A stretch of DNA of 64,000 nucleotides, from positions 19,716,001 through 19,780,000 of the forward strand of contig OZ231126.1 in the NCBI GenBank assembly GCA_965153355.1. Reading direction: 5' to 3'. A program made the translations under genes and the position numbers. Numbering within the stretch: the stretch's first letter is position 1; every line of letters starts with the position of its first letter. Positions 43,022 to 54,378 of this stretch are shown here, in pieces. The notes beneath the pieces were generated by a model, which saw only the letters and a list, made by a program, of their open reading frames with translations, was not told where the DNA came from and made no database searches. This stretch comes from Flaccisagitta enflata (taxonomy: Eukaryota).

Positions 43022-44062
43022 TGTCCGCGACGGAATATCATTCCGACGCGGACTATAATTCAAGGCGGGTGGGTGTCGTCGTCGTCGTTGTTGTCGTTGT
43101 CGTTGTCGTTGTCGTTGTTACGGATTTTAAAAAATGGATAACTTTTTTATGCTTTGACCGATTTTGTTCATATTTGGTGAGAAGTTGTACTAGGGTAAGG
43201 CGCTTTACATCCTATCCGATTTTTGTGATCCGACCAACCCAACCGGCCCAACCAGCCTACCGGCCTAAAAGTGAAAAACGTGCATAACTTTGGCAATTTT
43301 CAACCGATTTGGTTGAAATTTGGTATGGAGTCTTTAAATGGAAGGACTCAACATATGTATGGGATTTATATGCATTTGAGCATGCTAACTGGCCAAACCG
43401 ACCTACCACCCAACCAGCCTACCGACCAAAAAGTGAAAAACTTGCATAACTTTGTCATTTTTCAACCGATTTGGTTGAAATTTGGTATGGAGTCTCTAAA
43501 TAGAAGAACTCAACATATGCACTCAATTTAACCTGTCAAACCAGCCTACCACCCAACCAGCCTACCAGCCTAAAAGAGAAAAATGTGCATATCTTGGGCG
43601 TTTTTCAACCAATTTGGTTGAAATTTGGTATGGAGTCTCTAGATGGAAGGACTCAACACATGTATGTGATTTATTTATGTTTGAGCATGCTAACCGGCCA
43701 AACCGACCTACCACCCAACCAGCTTACCGGTCTAAAAGTGAAAAACTTGCATAAATTGAACATTTTTCAACCAATTTGGTTGAAACTTGGTATGGAGTCT
43801 CTAAATGGAAGAACTCAACATATGCACACTATTTATCCAAACCAGCCTACCACCCAACCACCCTACTAGCCTAAAAGTGAAAAACGTGCATAACTTTGCC
43901 ATTTTTAAACGGATTTGCATGAAACTTTGTATGGAGGCTATAAATGTAAAGATTTATAGTTTAAGCAAATTTACAAGGTTAGCGATCTTTTGGTTGTAGC
44001 GATCTTATGGAATTGGTGATCTTTAACCCCCCTCCGTCGCGGACCCAGATACTGTTCAGATT
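43022..44062 (+). mobile_element. HINE-like family 3, uninterrupted copy
   Basis: Colinear with 22947-24548 minus the 22990-23558 insertion. Confidence 0.75.
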
Positions 44063-44377
44063 TTTTCAGTTTCTGTTTTGAAACCGGAACATAAGAAATG
44101 TTTCATTGAAAATTCGCGCAAATATTTGAATATTTTCTGAGCCAGTGATATCTTTGGAATTGATGTGCGATAAGAAACAAAGTGCGCAACTGGGTACCAT
44201 TTTTAGCTACTTTTGTTTACATCGTTTTCAAGAACTGGCGGCTCTTTATTGCTGATGCTTATCTTGTCACTTTGCCGATAGTTTTGATTGACATAAAAGA
44301 AATAGTCGCAAAAGCGTTAGATGGTCAGCGGTACCCGTTGCCCCTATGTGAGTATTTGTGGGTGTGAGATGGTTAGA

Positions 44378-44992
44378 GGGGCAGCGGCCCCGAAGGGGCC
44401 GATGACCTATGCTGTTTTTATTTGGGCCTCAAGGATGGAATTAGGGCCTGGAGGCTTCAATTGAGGCCTTGAGGCTTGGATTAGGGCCTTGAGGCTGGAA
44501 TTTGAGCTTCGAGGCTGGGATTTGAGCTTTGAGGCTGAGATTTGAGCTTTGAGGCTGGGATTTGAGCTTTGAGGCTGGGATTTGAGCTTTATGGGTGGGA
44601 TTTGAGCTTTGAGGCTGGGGTTTGAGTTTCAAAGCTGGGATTTGAGCTTTGAGGCTGGGATTTGAGCTTCAAGGCTGGGATTTGTGCCTTGAGACTGGGA
44701 TTTGAGCCTCAGGGCTGGGATTTGAGCCTCGAGGCTTGGATTTTAGCCTGGAGACTGGGATTTGAGCCTCGAGGCTGGGATTTGAGCTTCAAAGCGGGGA
44801 TTTGAGCTTCAAAGCGGGGATTTGAGCTTCAAAGCGGGGATTTGAGGCTCAAAGCTAAGATTTGGGTCTCGAGACTAGGATTTGGGCCTTGAGGGGGGGG
44901 GGGGACGGAGAAGGAGAAGGAGAAGAAGAAGAAGGAGAAATTTCCCCTATGTGTGAAAGCATAGGTCATCGGCCCCTTCGGGGCCGCTGCCC
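44378..44992. mobile_element. TIR element GGGCAGCGGCCCCGAAGGGGCCGATGACCTATGC with internal 20-bp tandem array
   Basis: About 33-bp perfect TIR; (GAGGCTGGGATTTGAGCTTT)n inside; relatives at about 770-815, 1010-1045 and 10283-10695. Confidence 0.8.
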
Positions 44993-45066
44993 AAAAAACG
45001 ATGATATTCCATAGGGGGGGTGGGGCAAATCGGGCCAGGGGCAGATCGGGCCACTTATGTATAATA

Positions 45067-47084
45067 CAGAGGGAGGAATCTTAAAAACCTTTTAACAGCT
45101 TTTAACAGATTTTAACACCTTTTAACAGGCCCAAAATTAAAGAGGTACGTGTTAAAAGGCTTTTAACAGCTTGTTAAAAGCTTACCAAGGGAGAATGTGT
45201 CTGTTAAAAACTGTTAAAAACTTTAAAAAACTGTTAAAAACCTTGAGCAATCTGTTAAAAAAATAATGTGTTAAAAACCTTTTTAAAAATGTGTTAAAAA
45301 ACCTTTTTAACAATGTGTTAAAAACTTTTTTAACAACGTGTTAAAAACCTTTTTAACTATGTGTTAAAAACCTTTTTAACAACGTGTTAAAAACCTTTTT
45401 AACAATGTGTTAAAAACCTTTTTAACAATGTGTTAAAAACCTTTTTAACAATGTGTTAAAAACCTTTTTAACAATGTGTTAAAAACCTTTTTAACAATGT
45501 GTTAAAAACCTTTTTAACAATGTGTTAAAAACCTTTTTAACAATGTGTTAAAAACCTTTTTAACAATGTGTTAAAAACCTTTTTAACAATGTGTTAAAAA
45601 CCTTTTTAACAATGTGTTAAAAACCTTTTTAACAATGTGTTAAAAACCTTTTTAACAATGTGTTAAAAACCTTTTTAACAATGTGTTAAAAACCTTTTTA
45701 ACAATGTGTTAAAAACCTTTTTAACAATGTGTTAAAAACCTTTTTAACAGGGATTTTAACGAGGTTTTAACGAGGATTTTATCAAGGATTTTATCAAGGA
45801 TTTTATCAAGGATTTTAACAAGGATTTTTACAAGGATTTTAACAAGGATTTTAACAAGGATTTTAACAAGGATTCTAACAAGGATTTTAACATGGATTTT
45901 AACATGGATTTTAACATGGATTTTAACATGGATTTTAACATGGACTTTTACTTGAGTTTTTTCAAAGATTTCAAGGATTTTAACTAAAAATTTGACAAAG
46001 ATTTCAAGGATTTTAAATAAGAATTTAACAAAGATTTTAACATACTAAGAAGATTTCAGAATTACTATGAGCAAGTTTTTGACAAAAATGTTTTTTTTCA
46101 CCAGTGTTTTTAACACAGATTTTTAACATTTGTTGAGAGCGTTTAACGTCTGATTTCTTATCAAGCTCCTGATGCGTAATCGCGAGAACTGACTCCACTG
46201 CGTAGCTGCGCTAATGGTTTGGAACGTACACCCGCTTAGGATGAATTGTTGAGATGAGCGGTTAAGTTGTCCGCGAAATCAGTCTATTCGTGGAATCCTG
46301 ATGGACAGAGAGAAAGAAAAAGGTTAGGACAAACTCTGTACATCAATGAAGGATACTTCTGTAAATGCGCCAAAAAGGTAAAAGGTCAAGGACTTACACG
46401 GATGTTGTCGAACGGTTTCCAATCTAGGCGCAGGGCAGGGAAGTCGGGGAAAAAGCATCAAAGTCGAGTCTTTAACTGAGATTGTGAAGTCGAATGTCAG
46501 TAAGAGAGTCAGGGAAGCTACTTTTACTTAACCTAGAAATAAATAACAAATTTAATCAAAGCATCACGAGATTTGAAATTATTTGGCAGCAATGAAACAA
46601 TGATCAACGGAATCGTCGCGTCGTGGGAATTCGTTAGAGGGGTCGAAGTCTATTCTCCTCTAAGCGGTTGAGGAGATACAGTCCATCAATCCTCAACCGG
46701 AAGTCAGCGCTTTCGGCGCGCGCGCGCGTTCCTCCACTTCCTCCGTCGATCGAAGATCTCTCTCCTTTTCCTCGATTTCCTCCACTCTGCAGTCGAGCAG
46801 ACGCCATCTTGGAATTTCGACGGCGAGAGATCCTCTCCTCCTCTTCGGGATCCGCGGAGTCGAATGCATCCGATCGAGCGCTTCTTGACCTGGATATGGT
46901 GGGGAATGTGAAGAATGTCACATTTGTTTATAACAAGGATTTTAACGGGGCAAGTTTTTAACTAAAGCTGTTTTTGACAGTTTTTAAGCGCTTCTTGAAA
47001 TAAAGAAGGTCCCCGACTTTTAACACCATTCTGGAGGTTTTTAACAAGTTCCCTCCCAAAAAAAGAGGGTCTTTCTGTTAAAAG
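45067..47084. mobile_element. Probable CAG-G-rich TIR family element (TTTTAAC-rich) interrupted by the BEL insertion
   Basis: Left end CAGAGGGAGGAATCTTAAAAACC resembles the elements at 17764 and 22990; matching right end and TSD not found. Confidence 0.45.
45270..45950. repeat. 23-bp quasi-palindromic array (TGTGTTAAAAACCTTTTTAACAA)n followed by a 12-bp (AGGATTTTAACA)n array
   Basis: Direct reading; about 20 units of the 23-mer, no spacers. Confidence 0.93.
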
Positions 47085-47393
47085 TGTAAAGAACCGCGTA
47101 GAATACAGTCTCCAACCGTCAAAGTACCTATGCGCTGACGTTGACGATGATGAATCGGTCCGGCAGCCGCTGCGTCACGGCCGCGCCAATCCTCTCGATG
47201 CCACGCCACGCGCTGCGCCAACGACGTCAACACCACGAATCCACTCAAAGTCATCAAGTCTCCATTTGGATAAGGTCTTTCGTCGTCGCCATCTCAATAT
47301 CTTCTATGGTTGAAAGGGGTACAAAAACGCTGAAATAATAGAAAGGAAGGGAAGAGGGGAAAAGGAGAAAAGAAATTAACCTAACAACCTATC
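47085..47393 (-). repeat. 3' LTR (shared portion; may extend to about 47755)
   Basis: Identical by eye to 57084-57392. A PPT-like GGAGGTGGGACAA (minus strand, 47768-47756) followed by TGT suggests the true U3 end is at 47755. Confidence 0.8.
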
Positions 47394-47839
47394 ATCCTAA
47401 ATAACTCAATAACTCAACAGCATAACGACTATATAACTAAACAACTAGTTAATCCAACCGACCAACTGACCAACCATCCAAACCGACCAACTAACCAACC
47501 AAATAGGTCCAACCAGAACTCACCAGGTAAGGAAACGCACCCCAAGATTGACCAGGAATGAAGAGCGAATAACATTACAACTGATAACTAAAGAAAGAAA
47601 ATCAGCAATAATATAAATTCACAGAATGGGCAACAAACAGGGCGAACCAAAGAGAATATGCAATTACAAATAATCACAAAATGGTAAAAATCTAATGCGA
47701 TATTCCACAGTCCGCCCATTTGAAGCCCACTTCAAACCAGTCAACCTCAGTCACATTGTCCCACCTCCAAAAAAAAAACGACACCCCCACCTGAAAGTGA
47801 CGGACGAAGCACGGACGGACGGACAGCGGGAACAGCCCG

Positions 47840-49933
47840 CTAACGCCGGAAATTCGGCGGCGGGCCCCCGCGCCGCCCGCCACCACCACGATCAGATGAG
47901 CGTGAAGGTCTCCACGCAGCAGGGGACGAAGTCGCCAACGGCTCCTCCGCCCGCTCTCCACTACGCGACCGATCTCCCGCGTGTCTCATTCCGGAGGCAA
48001 ACGCTAGCGCGATCTCCATCTCGCGCTCAGAAAAGGTGGATGACGAAGAGGCGAAGGACGAATCCAACGACGGGGAGGCAGGTGGCCGCGTCGAAGAGGA
48101 GGATGACGACGGCCGATCAGGCACGCGGAAGCCGCAGTGCCCCCTCTCCACCCAAGGCCGACCACCGCCACCACCACCCCGCGGAAAACCACCGCCCCGC
48201 GGAAAACCACCGCCCCCACCACCACGATGGAAACTACCACCACCCCCATGAGAAAAACTGCCACCACCACGATGACCACCACCGCCCCCGCTATGATGAC
48301 CACTACCGCCTCCACCATGATGACCACCACCACTACCACGATTGTGACCACCACCAGCCCGACCACCAACCCGGCCAGACCCCTGCGACGAAGACCGAGC
48401 ATGGCCACCCCGCCGGATCTGCGCCTGCTGATTCCGGGCATCTCTTAGCGACTTCTCCAGCCGCTCCACCTCCCTTGCAGCCTCCTCATCCTCCAAGCGC
48501 TGCTGCTCCACAAGACGCTGCTGCTCCTGCTCCCGCCGCCTCTGCTCCTCCGCCAGACGCCGCTGCTCCTTCTCCTGCTTCAGCCGCTCACTCTCCACGC
48601 GCTGAAACTCCTCCAACTTCGCCTTGGCTGCCATCTTCGACCGCTTTCGCCGCTCCGTCCACCTCACTGACTTCTTCCTCTTCTTCTCTTCCTCCAGCAA
48701 CCGCGCCACCGCCTGCTCCTCATCCTCCTCCTCCTCCTCCACCGCGCCCCCACCGCCGTCATCCGCCACCGGCACCACCGGCACCACCGGCACCACCGGC
48801 TCCAATGGAGGCATCGCCGGATCCACTTCCGGCACCACCACCTCCCCTTCCACCACTTCCGCGTCAGCCGCCGGCTGCTCCTCAACATCCCCCGAGTCCT
48901 TCTCCTCGAAATAAAGTCCATCCATCGCGTCACAAACCAACTGATTTGAGGCCGCGACGCCCTCCTTCAAACCGGGCCTTTTTGCCATCGACCCAAACAA
49001 CACCTCTGGCACATAAACCGGCCTTCTATTTCTATGTCCACGATATAAGTCTTTCCAGCTCTTGGCCCCATCCAACAGCTCCCGAATGATCCATTGGACC
49101 GCCGGGCCACTGCCAGGTGGGCACGCCTTCACCGCCTTATCCACTTCCCTCAAAAAAATAGTCACTGGGGGCAGTTCCATAAACACTGACACCCTTTTCA
49201 CTGGGCAACGGCTTGGCCAAACAGACCAGCGGGGGGCCCTATGAGTCTCCTCATCGTGCCACGACCAAAATTCACACTCACCAGGGTCGCTCATAAAAGT
49301 TTGCACCGCGTACCTCACACCGTCGGCGTCCCTCGGTGCCCACCAAACCACCGACTCCCCACGGAAGGCCCCCGCTGCCACTTTCCTCAAATCATCAGGC
49401 CTCTCCGCATCGACCACCAAAAAAAAGTCCGGCATACACCCATGCCTCACCACCTGCATAACACACATGTTTTTATATTCGGGATGCACAACCCTATGCA
49501 ACGCCACCGCCACCTGACGCAACCCACACAAGTCTCTAATTTCCATTGGCATGTCCGTCCAAATGTTCATCCAGGGGGGAACCACCGGACCTCCCGTCGA
49601 AGGTAAATTCTTCGGGTCAACCCGGCGCCCACCCATCAACACACCATCCTCCCTAATCACCGCTAGAGTTTCCGCCGCCATCCCCTCCGGCACCACCTGG
49701 CGAAACTCCTTCGCGTATTTCCGCGCATCCAAAACCAACTCCTCATCACTGTCACTATCGCTATCGTCATCACCACTACTGACGTCACTCGCCCCCTCCT
49801 CCTCCTCTTCCCCATCAGCCACCACACCACCATCCACCTTCCGGCCGCAAGCACAGGCCCCTTCACAACTACATTCTTCACCACCACCGAGTGCCCCAGC
49901 ACCATCATCCACTTCCATCTCCAACCCTGACAT
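47840..49933 (-). CDS. Element-borne extra ORF of unknown function (acidic N-terminus, globular middle, coiled coil, RGG-rich tail)
   Basis: Uninterrupted ~697-codon ORF between pol and the 3' LTR on the gag-pol strand; no signal peptide or transmembrane segment visible. Confidence 0.75.
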   Translation of the reverse strand: MSGLEMEVDDGAGALGGGEECSCEGACACGRKVDGGVVADGEEEEEGASDVSSGDDDSDSDSDEELVLDARKYAKEFRQVVPEGMAAETLAVIREDGVLMGGRRVDPKNLPSTGGPVVPPWMNIWTDMPMEIRDLCGLRQVAVALHRVVHPEYKNMCVMQVVRHGCMPDFFLVVDAERPDDLRKVAAGAFRGESVVWWAPRDADGVRYAVQTFMSDPGECEFWSWHDEETHRAPRWSVWPSRCPVKRVSVFMELPPVTIFLREVDKAVKACPPGSGPAVQWIIRELLDGAKSWKDLYRGHRNRRPVYVPEVLFGSMAKRPGLKEGVAASNQLVCDAMDGLYFEEKDSGDVEEQPAADAEVVEGEVVVPEVDPAMPPLEPVVPVVPVVPVADDGGGGAVEEEEEDEEQAVARLLEEEKKRKKSVRWTERRKRSKMAAKAKLEEFQRVESERLKQEKEQRRLAEEQRRREQEQQRLVEQQRLEDEEAAREVERLEKSLRDARNQQAQIRRGGHARSSSQGSGRVGGRAGGGHNRGSGGGHHGGGGSGHHSGGGGGHRGGGSFSHGGGGSFHRGGGGGGFPRGGGFPRGGGGGGRPWVERGHCGFRVPDRPSSSSSSTRPPASPSLDSSFASSSSTFSEREMEIALAFASGMRHAGDRSRSGERAEEPLATSSPAAWRPSRSSDRGGGGRRGGPPPNFRR

Positions 49934-50347
49934 CACTGCACTAAGATATAAACACTTGCACTAAGGCACACTTGAGAAGCACAATTTCACTGAGACTATC
50001 TAACTATGGGATGGGGAAAGAGCAAAAAGAAATAATATACAACAAAAAACAGAAAATCATCAAGGCGCAAATAATCAATGTAACATCCACAAAATATGAA
50101 AATAGGAAATAGTCGGAAATAGTTGACGAGTAAATCCAATAAAAAACCCCCCGAAAAAGCAACATCACGCCCAAGCCCATCGCCCAACGATCATCCAAGA
50201 AGAAAATAATGAGACAAGAATCACATCGTAACGACTTGAACCCAGATATAATGCGCATTCAACGAAGTAGAATATCAAAAGAAAAACAAGTCACCACAGC
50301 CAACAGAAATGCGTCTACTATCAAAAAATATCAGTCCAAATATACAA

Positions 50348-53300
50348 TTATAATACATCCGCTCTGAGCGGGTCCAATTCCAAGCGGACAATCTTTGTTC
50401 TGTCGCGGGAGAAAATTTTTCCATTTGACGTCCGCACAGAAACTGTCCTCACTAGATCCTGGCCATCCGTCTCGACGACCATCCCCGTCCGCCAATCGCC
50501 CCGTCGACATTGTTCGTCAACCATTAACACCACTTCCCCAACCTCCAAGTTCGGCTCCGTCGAGCGCCACTTTGGCCGCGCTTGTAACGCCGAGACATAA
50601 TCCCGTGACCACCGGTTCCAAAACTCGTCGACCAACGCCCTCGATTGACGCCAGCTGTAGCGAAGACACACCGCGTCCGGAGGCGATGGAGGGAGAATGT
50701 CACAGTGCGATGCCGCGAAAACACCAGGGCACAAAAAGTCAATCGGACGCAGCGCTTGAATCCCAGGCTCATCAGGGATGTGAGTAATCGGCCTCGAGTT
50801 CATTGCCAATTCCGCCTGCGCCAACACTGTCGTCAGCGTCTCAATACTCAAATTGTCCAGCGTCAGCACAAAGGTCAGATGTTTTTTAGCTGCCTTTACC
50901 AATCGTTCCCACACCCCACCCCTGTGAGGGGATGTCGGTGGGTTGAATTTCCACTCAATTTCAAGCAGCCGCAGATCCTCAGTCGACGACGCATTCCATG
51001 CAGCCACCTCCGCCGCGATCTCCTTTTCGGCAGAAGTAAAGTTCGAGCCGCAATCCGAGAATAAACGCCTCACCGCCGGCCTTCTTGCGCGAAATCGCTG
51101 CAATGCGTCGATGAAACATGATGTATCCATGCTCCGCAATACTTCGAAGTGCACAGCCCTTGTTGCCATGCAAGTAAACAGGGCCACATTCACTTTGTGG
51201 AATGCTCTTCCAACAATTTTGCACTTCACCGGTCCAAAGCAGTCCACTCCTGTATTTTCGAAGGGCCGACAAGCCTGCGTCCTTTCCACGGGAAGGGGCG
51301 CCATTTGCTGCGACTCCGGCGCTTTAAAGTGTCTCTGACATCCCACACATGCCTTCACCACGCGAGACACTACGCGGCGCCCTTTTGTAATCCAGAATCG
51401 GCGTCGCGATTCACCCAACACATGCTCCACGCCGGCGTGAAGGTGACATTCATGATACAGCCTTATCAAGTCCAAGACATCGTCGTCGTCGTGGGGAAGG
51501 ATCATTGGGTGTTTGGCGTCATAGCACAGTTCCGTTGAGTTTGTGAGACGCCCCATGCAGCGCAGCACTCCATTCGCGTCGATGAACGGATTCAACGCCA
51601 CTATCGTCGACTTCGCGTGCACCTTTTGTCTTTTCGTTGGACCCTTAGGTCCCGCTGTCAGCGACTTTATTTCCTCGCCGAAGTGTCGCGACTGAATGTC
51701 TCGTATCAGCAGCATTTCCGCGTCTCGCAGCTCACGCAGTGTAGTTGACTGCGCACCGCTGCCTCCAGCTACAGGGCGTCGCTTCATCACGCATTCCAGT
51801 ATTGTCTTTTTAAGAAGCGCGATGCGCCGCACTTTCCCTGGCCACGAGGCAACCCCGCGGGATACCCTCGAGAGCCAAGTTTTTGCCACCGTTGGGGTTG
51901 TCACTGCCGTGGCCAGTATGTGCGCGGGAAAAGGATCCGACGCGATTTGTTTTTCCGGCCATCCCGTCTCATCTTTCCACAAAAATTCCGGTCCACCGTG
52001 GAAATGTCGCCATTTTGGGTCACGCGCCAAAAGACCATGGGTACAGTCGTCGGCCGGGTTTTCCCCCGATGGCACCCATCTCCACTCGGACACGCTCGTC
52101 AACGCCTGTATTTCTGAAATGCGATTGGAAAAGTAAACTTTAAACCGAGTAACTGTATCATTCAACTGCTTGATAACACATTCAGAATCAGTCCACATGA
52201 TGATACTGTCGTAACTCCCTGTTTCTTTTTCCACAGATGCTCTCATCCTTGCTGCCAGTCTCGCGGCCTGCAACTCGAGCCTCGGCATTGAATCGTGGTG
52301 TCCAGCCTCGGCGTCCTTTACCGGCACCACATGCGCCTTCGAACATACAATCGCCACGTGGATTTTTTCATCCGGCGTCTTCCGGCGCACGTATATCACG
52401 ACGCCGTATCCCTTGCTGCTCGCATCACTAAACGCCATCAACTGTTTCTCGCCATCCTGGGTTTCCAGCGTCGCGGTCCATCGTTCGATTTCAAAGTTTT
52501 TGAGGAAATCAAAGTCCCTTTGCCACACAGCGAACGCTTCCAACAACGCTTCTTCAATGTTTTTCTCGTCCCATCCGATCGCTGTCTTCATCACCTGCTG
52601 TAGAATGAATCTTGCCCAAATCACGAAAGGGTCCAAGAAACCAAGAGGGTCGAAAAATGACGCTATCACTTGTAGCATCTGACGCTTCGTCTCCACTTTC
52701 ATTTCCGCCTTTTCTTTCTCTGGGGCATAGGAGAATTTGTCCGCTGAGAATGAGTAACGCATCCCCAACACTTTTCCCACATCTTCTCCGGGAGCTGCCG
52801 CCTTCTGAAAGTCTTTCATTTCCGGCGCCGGATCATCCTCCTCCAGCACTTCCGGCCTTGAAGAGCGCCACTTGCAGAGAGTGAAGCCGCCATCTTTCAT
52901 CGCCGCGGTGATCGCAATCCGGAAGTCGCGCGCTATTTTCGTATTGCGCAGAGACTTCAACAGATCGTCGACGTACAGGTTGCGGTTTGACGCCTCCACC
53001 ACAAGAGGACCGTACTCTCTCGCCCTCTGATTGATGTGGTACCGTTGCGTGAAGATCGCGACGAAGTTGGAACTTTTGGCGCCGAACACGTGACCCAAAA
53101 ATCCATTCAGTTCCGCTTCGTCCATCTCCTCCGTCGGAAACCACCAGTACGTAAAGGCGCCTTCATCTTCCTCTGCAATATAGATTTCATGAAAAAAATC
53201 TTTAATGTCAGCGCCTACCGCGACTTCACCCCCATCGCGAAAGCGCATCAACACACCACGAATGTCACATGCCAATTGGGGGCCACCTAATAAACAATCA

Positions 53301-53953
53301 TTCAGACACACACCCCCCACAGACGCCCTACAATCATGACAGATACGAACTTGACCAGGTTTCCCTGGCTTATCTGTGACGTGGATGGGGATTGTCCATT
53401 TTGGCCTGTCCGGTGGCGTCGCTGCGTGCTTCTTTGGATCGAGTTTCACGACTCTGCCCTTTGCCTCAAATTGACGCATCGTTTCAAATGTGACCCTTCG
53501 CCTCTCCGGATCCTTTCGCATTTGTTGTGCCGTTCTCCATAGACGGTCCAACGCCATGCCGCTCGAGTCCACCTTGTTGATCCTTTCTGCCGTCGCTTTC
53601 CTCCCGCGTTTGTGGGGCAGGCTCACTCGATATCTTTCCACTGTAGAGTCCCATACAATCGATTCTTCGAGCTGCCTGAGAGCAAATTTGTCCTCCAACG
53701 ACATTGTTTCATCATCGTTTTTTGCTCTTTCAAATTCACTCGCAAAACATTTTTTCATCTCTTTCTCTGTGTTGGATGGAAAACTCTGAAAGGAAACATG
53801 GTTACAAACAAAACAGTGCGAGTCAATGTTCTTCTTGGGGCCTATTAGACAATAGCCGAATCCCGTCTCCAACGCCACCGGAAGTGACTCATCGCCGATG
53901 CGCCTTTCGCCAGAGCTCCACACTCGGGCGTGTTCCGCTCCGATGATCGCATC
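50348..53953 (-). CDS. pol: Pol: reverse transcriptase, RNase H, DDE integrase
   Basis: ADIKDFF and YVDD (RT); FSDASSKGYG, PRLELQAA, WTDS, NPAD (Pao RNase H); HHCC and GVDCFGP / SDCGSNF / GVWERLV (integrase); C-terminal KWR..VGEVVL domain. Confidence 0.93.
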   Translation of the reverse strand, partial: DAIIGAEHARVWSSGERRIGDESLPVALETGFGYCLIGPKKNIDSHCFVCNHVSFQSFPSNTEKEMKKCFASEFERAKNDDETMSLEDKFALRQLEESIVWDSTVERYRVSLPHKRGRKATAERINKVDSSGMALDRLWRTAQQMRKDPERRRVTFETMRQFEAKGRVVKLDPKKHAATPPDRPKWTIPIHVTDKPGKPGQVRICHDCRASVGGVCLNDCLLGGPQLACDIRGVLMRFRDGGEVAVGADIKDFFHEIYIAEEDEGAFTYWWFPTEEMDEAELNGFLGHVFGAKSSNFVAIFTQRYHINQRAREYGPLVVEASNRNLYVDDLLKSLRNTKIARDFRIAITAAMKDGGFTLCKWRSSRPEVLEEDDPAPEMKDFQKAAAPGEDVGKVLGMRYSFSADKFSYAPEKEKAEMKVETKRQMLQVIASFFDPLGFLDPFVIWARFILQQVMKTAIGWDEKNIEEALLEAFAVWQRDFDFLKNFEIERWTATLETQDGEKQLMAFSDASSKGYGVVIYVRRKTPDEKIHVAIVCSKAHVVPVKDAEAGHHDSMPRLELQAARLAARMRASVEKETGSYDSIIMWTDSECVIKQLNDTVTRFKVYFSNRISEIQALTSVSEWRWVPSGENPADDCTHGLLARDPKWRHFHGGPEFLWKDETGWPEKQIASDPFPAHILATAVTTPTVAKTWLSRVSRGVASWPGKVRRIALLKKTILECVMKRRPVAGGSGAQSTTLRELRDAEMLLIRDIQSRHFGEEIKSLTAGPKGPTKRQKVHAKSTIVALNPFIDANGVLRCMGRLTNSTELCYDAKHPMILPHDDDDVLDLIRLYHECHLHAGVEHVLGESRRRFWITKGRRVVSRVVKACVGCQRHFKAPESQQMAPLPVERTQACRPFENTGVDCFGPVKCKIVGRAFHKVNVALFTCMATRAVHFEVLRSMDTSCFIDALQRFRARRPAVRRLFSDCGSNFTSAEKEIAAEVAAWNASSTEDLRLLEIEWKFNPPTSPHRGGVWERLVKAAKKHLTFVLTLDNLSIETLTTVLAQAELAMNSRPITHIPDEPGIQALRPIDFLCPGVFAASHCDILPPSPPDAVCLRYSWRQSRALVDEFWNRWSRDYVSALQARPKWRSTEPNLEVGEVVLMVDEQCRRGDWRTGMVVETDGQDLVRTVSVRTSNGKIFSRDRTKIVRLELDPLRADVL

Positions 53954-54378
53954 CGATGTTCAGCGTCGTCCTCTTCCGGAAAAGCGGGAAACTCAATGTC
54001 GCTTAAGTGTTCGATCCCCTCCACATCCGCAATTCTAGGGGGTCTGTCACCCTCTGTGGCTATTATCTCTCCAAAAATCGCATTGCTTAGTTTTAATTCG
54101 AAACCATTTGTGCCCTTCACCAACACATCTGCCACTTTCCTCACTCCTTCCACAGTTTTGTCCAATGTCGTCACTTTCATGTTCACGTCTCTTCCTTTTA
54201 TGCCCAAGCGTGAACATATCGATTCCGACACGACATTTCGGTTCGCACCGCCGTCAAGGAGGGCATAAGTGCCAATTTCCTCCCCATTTTCCCCCACTAT
54301 GTACAATGGTACGATCAGCCGCCATGCTCCATCATCACCTCCGACTTTGAAGACCGAGTTTGTTTTAGGCACGGCTAG
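53845..54378 (-). CDS. Aspartic protease, in frame with gag behind a TGA
   Basis: TYALLDGGANRNVVSE active-site motif; codons continue in the gag frame (TGA CTA GCC GTG CCT). Confidence 0.8.
   Translation of the reverse strand, partial: LAVPKTNSVFKVGGDDGAWRLIVPLYIVGENGEEIGTYALLDGGANRNVVSESICSRLGIKGRDVNMKVTTLDKTVEGVRKVADVLVKGTNGFELKLSNAIFGEIIATEGDRPPRIADVEGIEHLSDIEFPAFPEEDDAEHRMRSSERNTPECGALAKGASAMSHFRWRWRRDSAIV

Noticed and set aside
45270-45750. Palindromic 23-bp repeats as a CRISPR array
   Set aside because: No spacers; part of a TTTTAAC-rich transposon interior.
47695-49089. 464-aa His/Pro-rich plus-strand ORF
   Set aside because: Antisense shadow of the GC-rich low-complexity ORF3; no independent evidence.
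47840-49933. ORF3 as an envelope glycoprotein
   Set aside because: No signal peptide, transmembrane anchor or Cys-rich ectodomain pattern.
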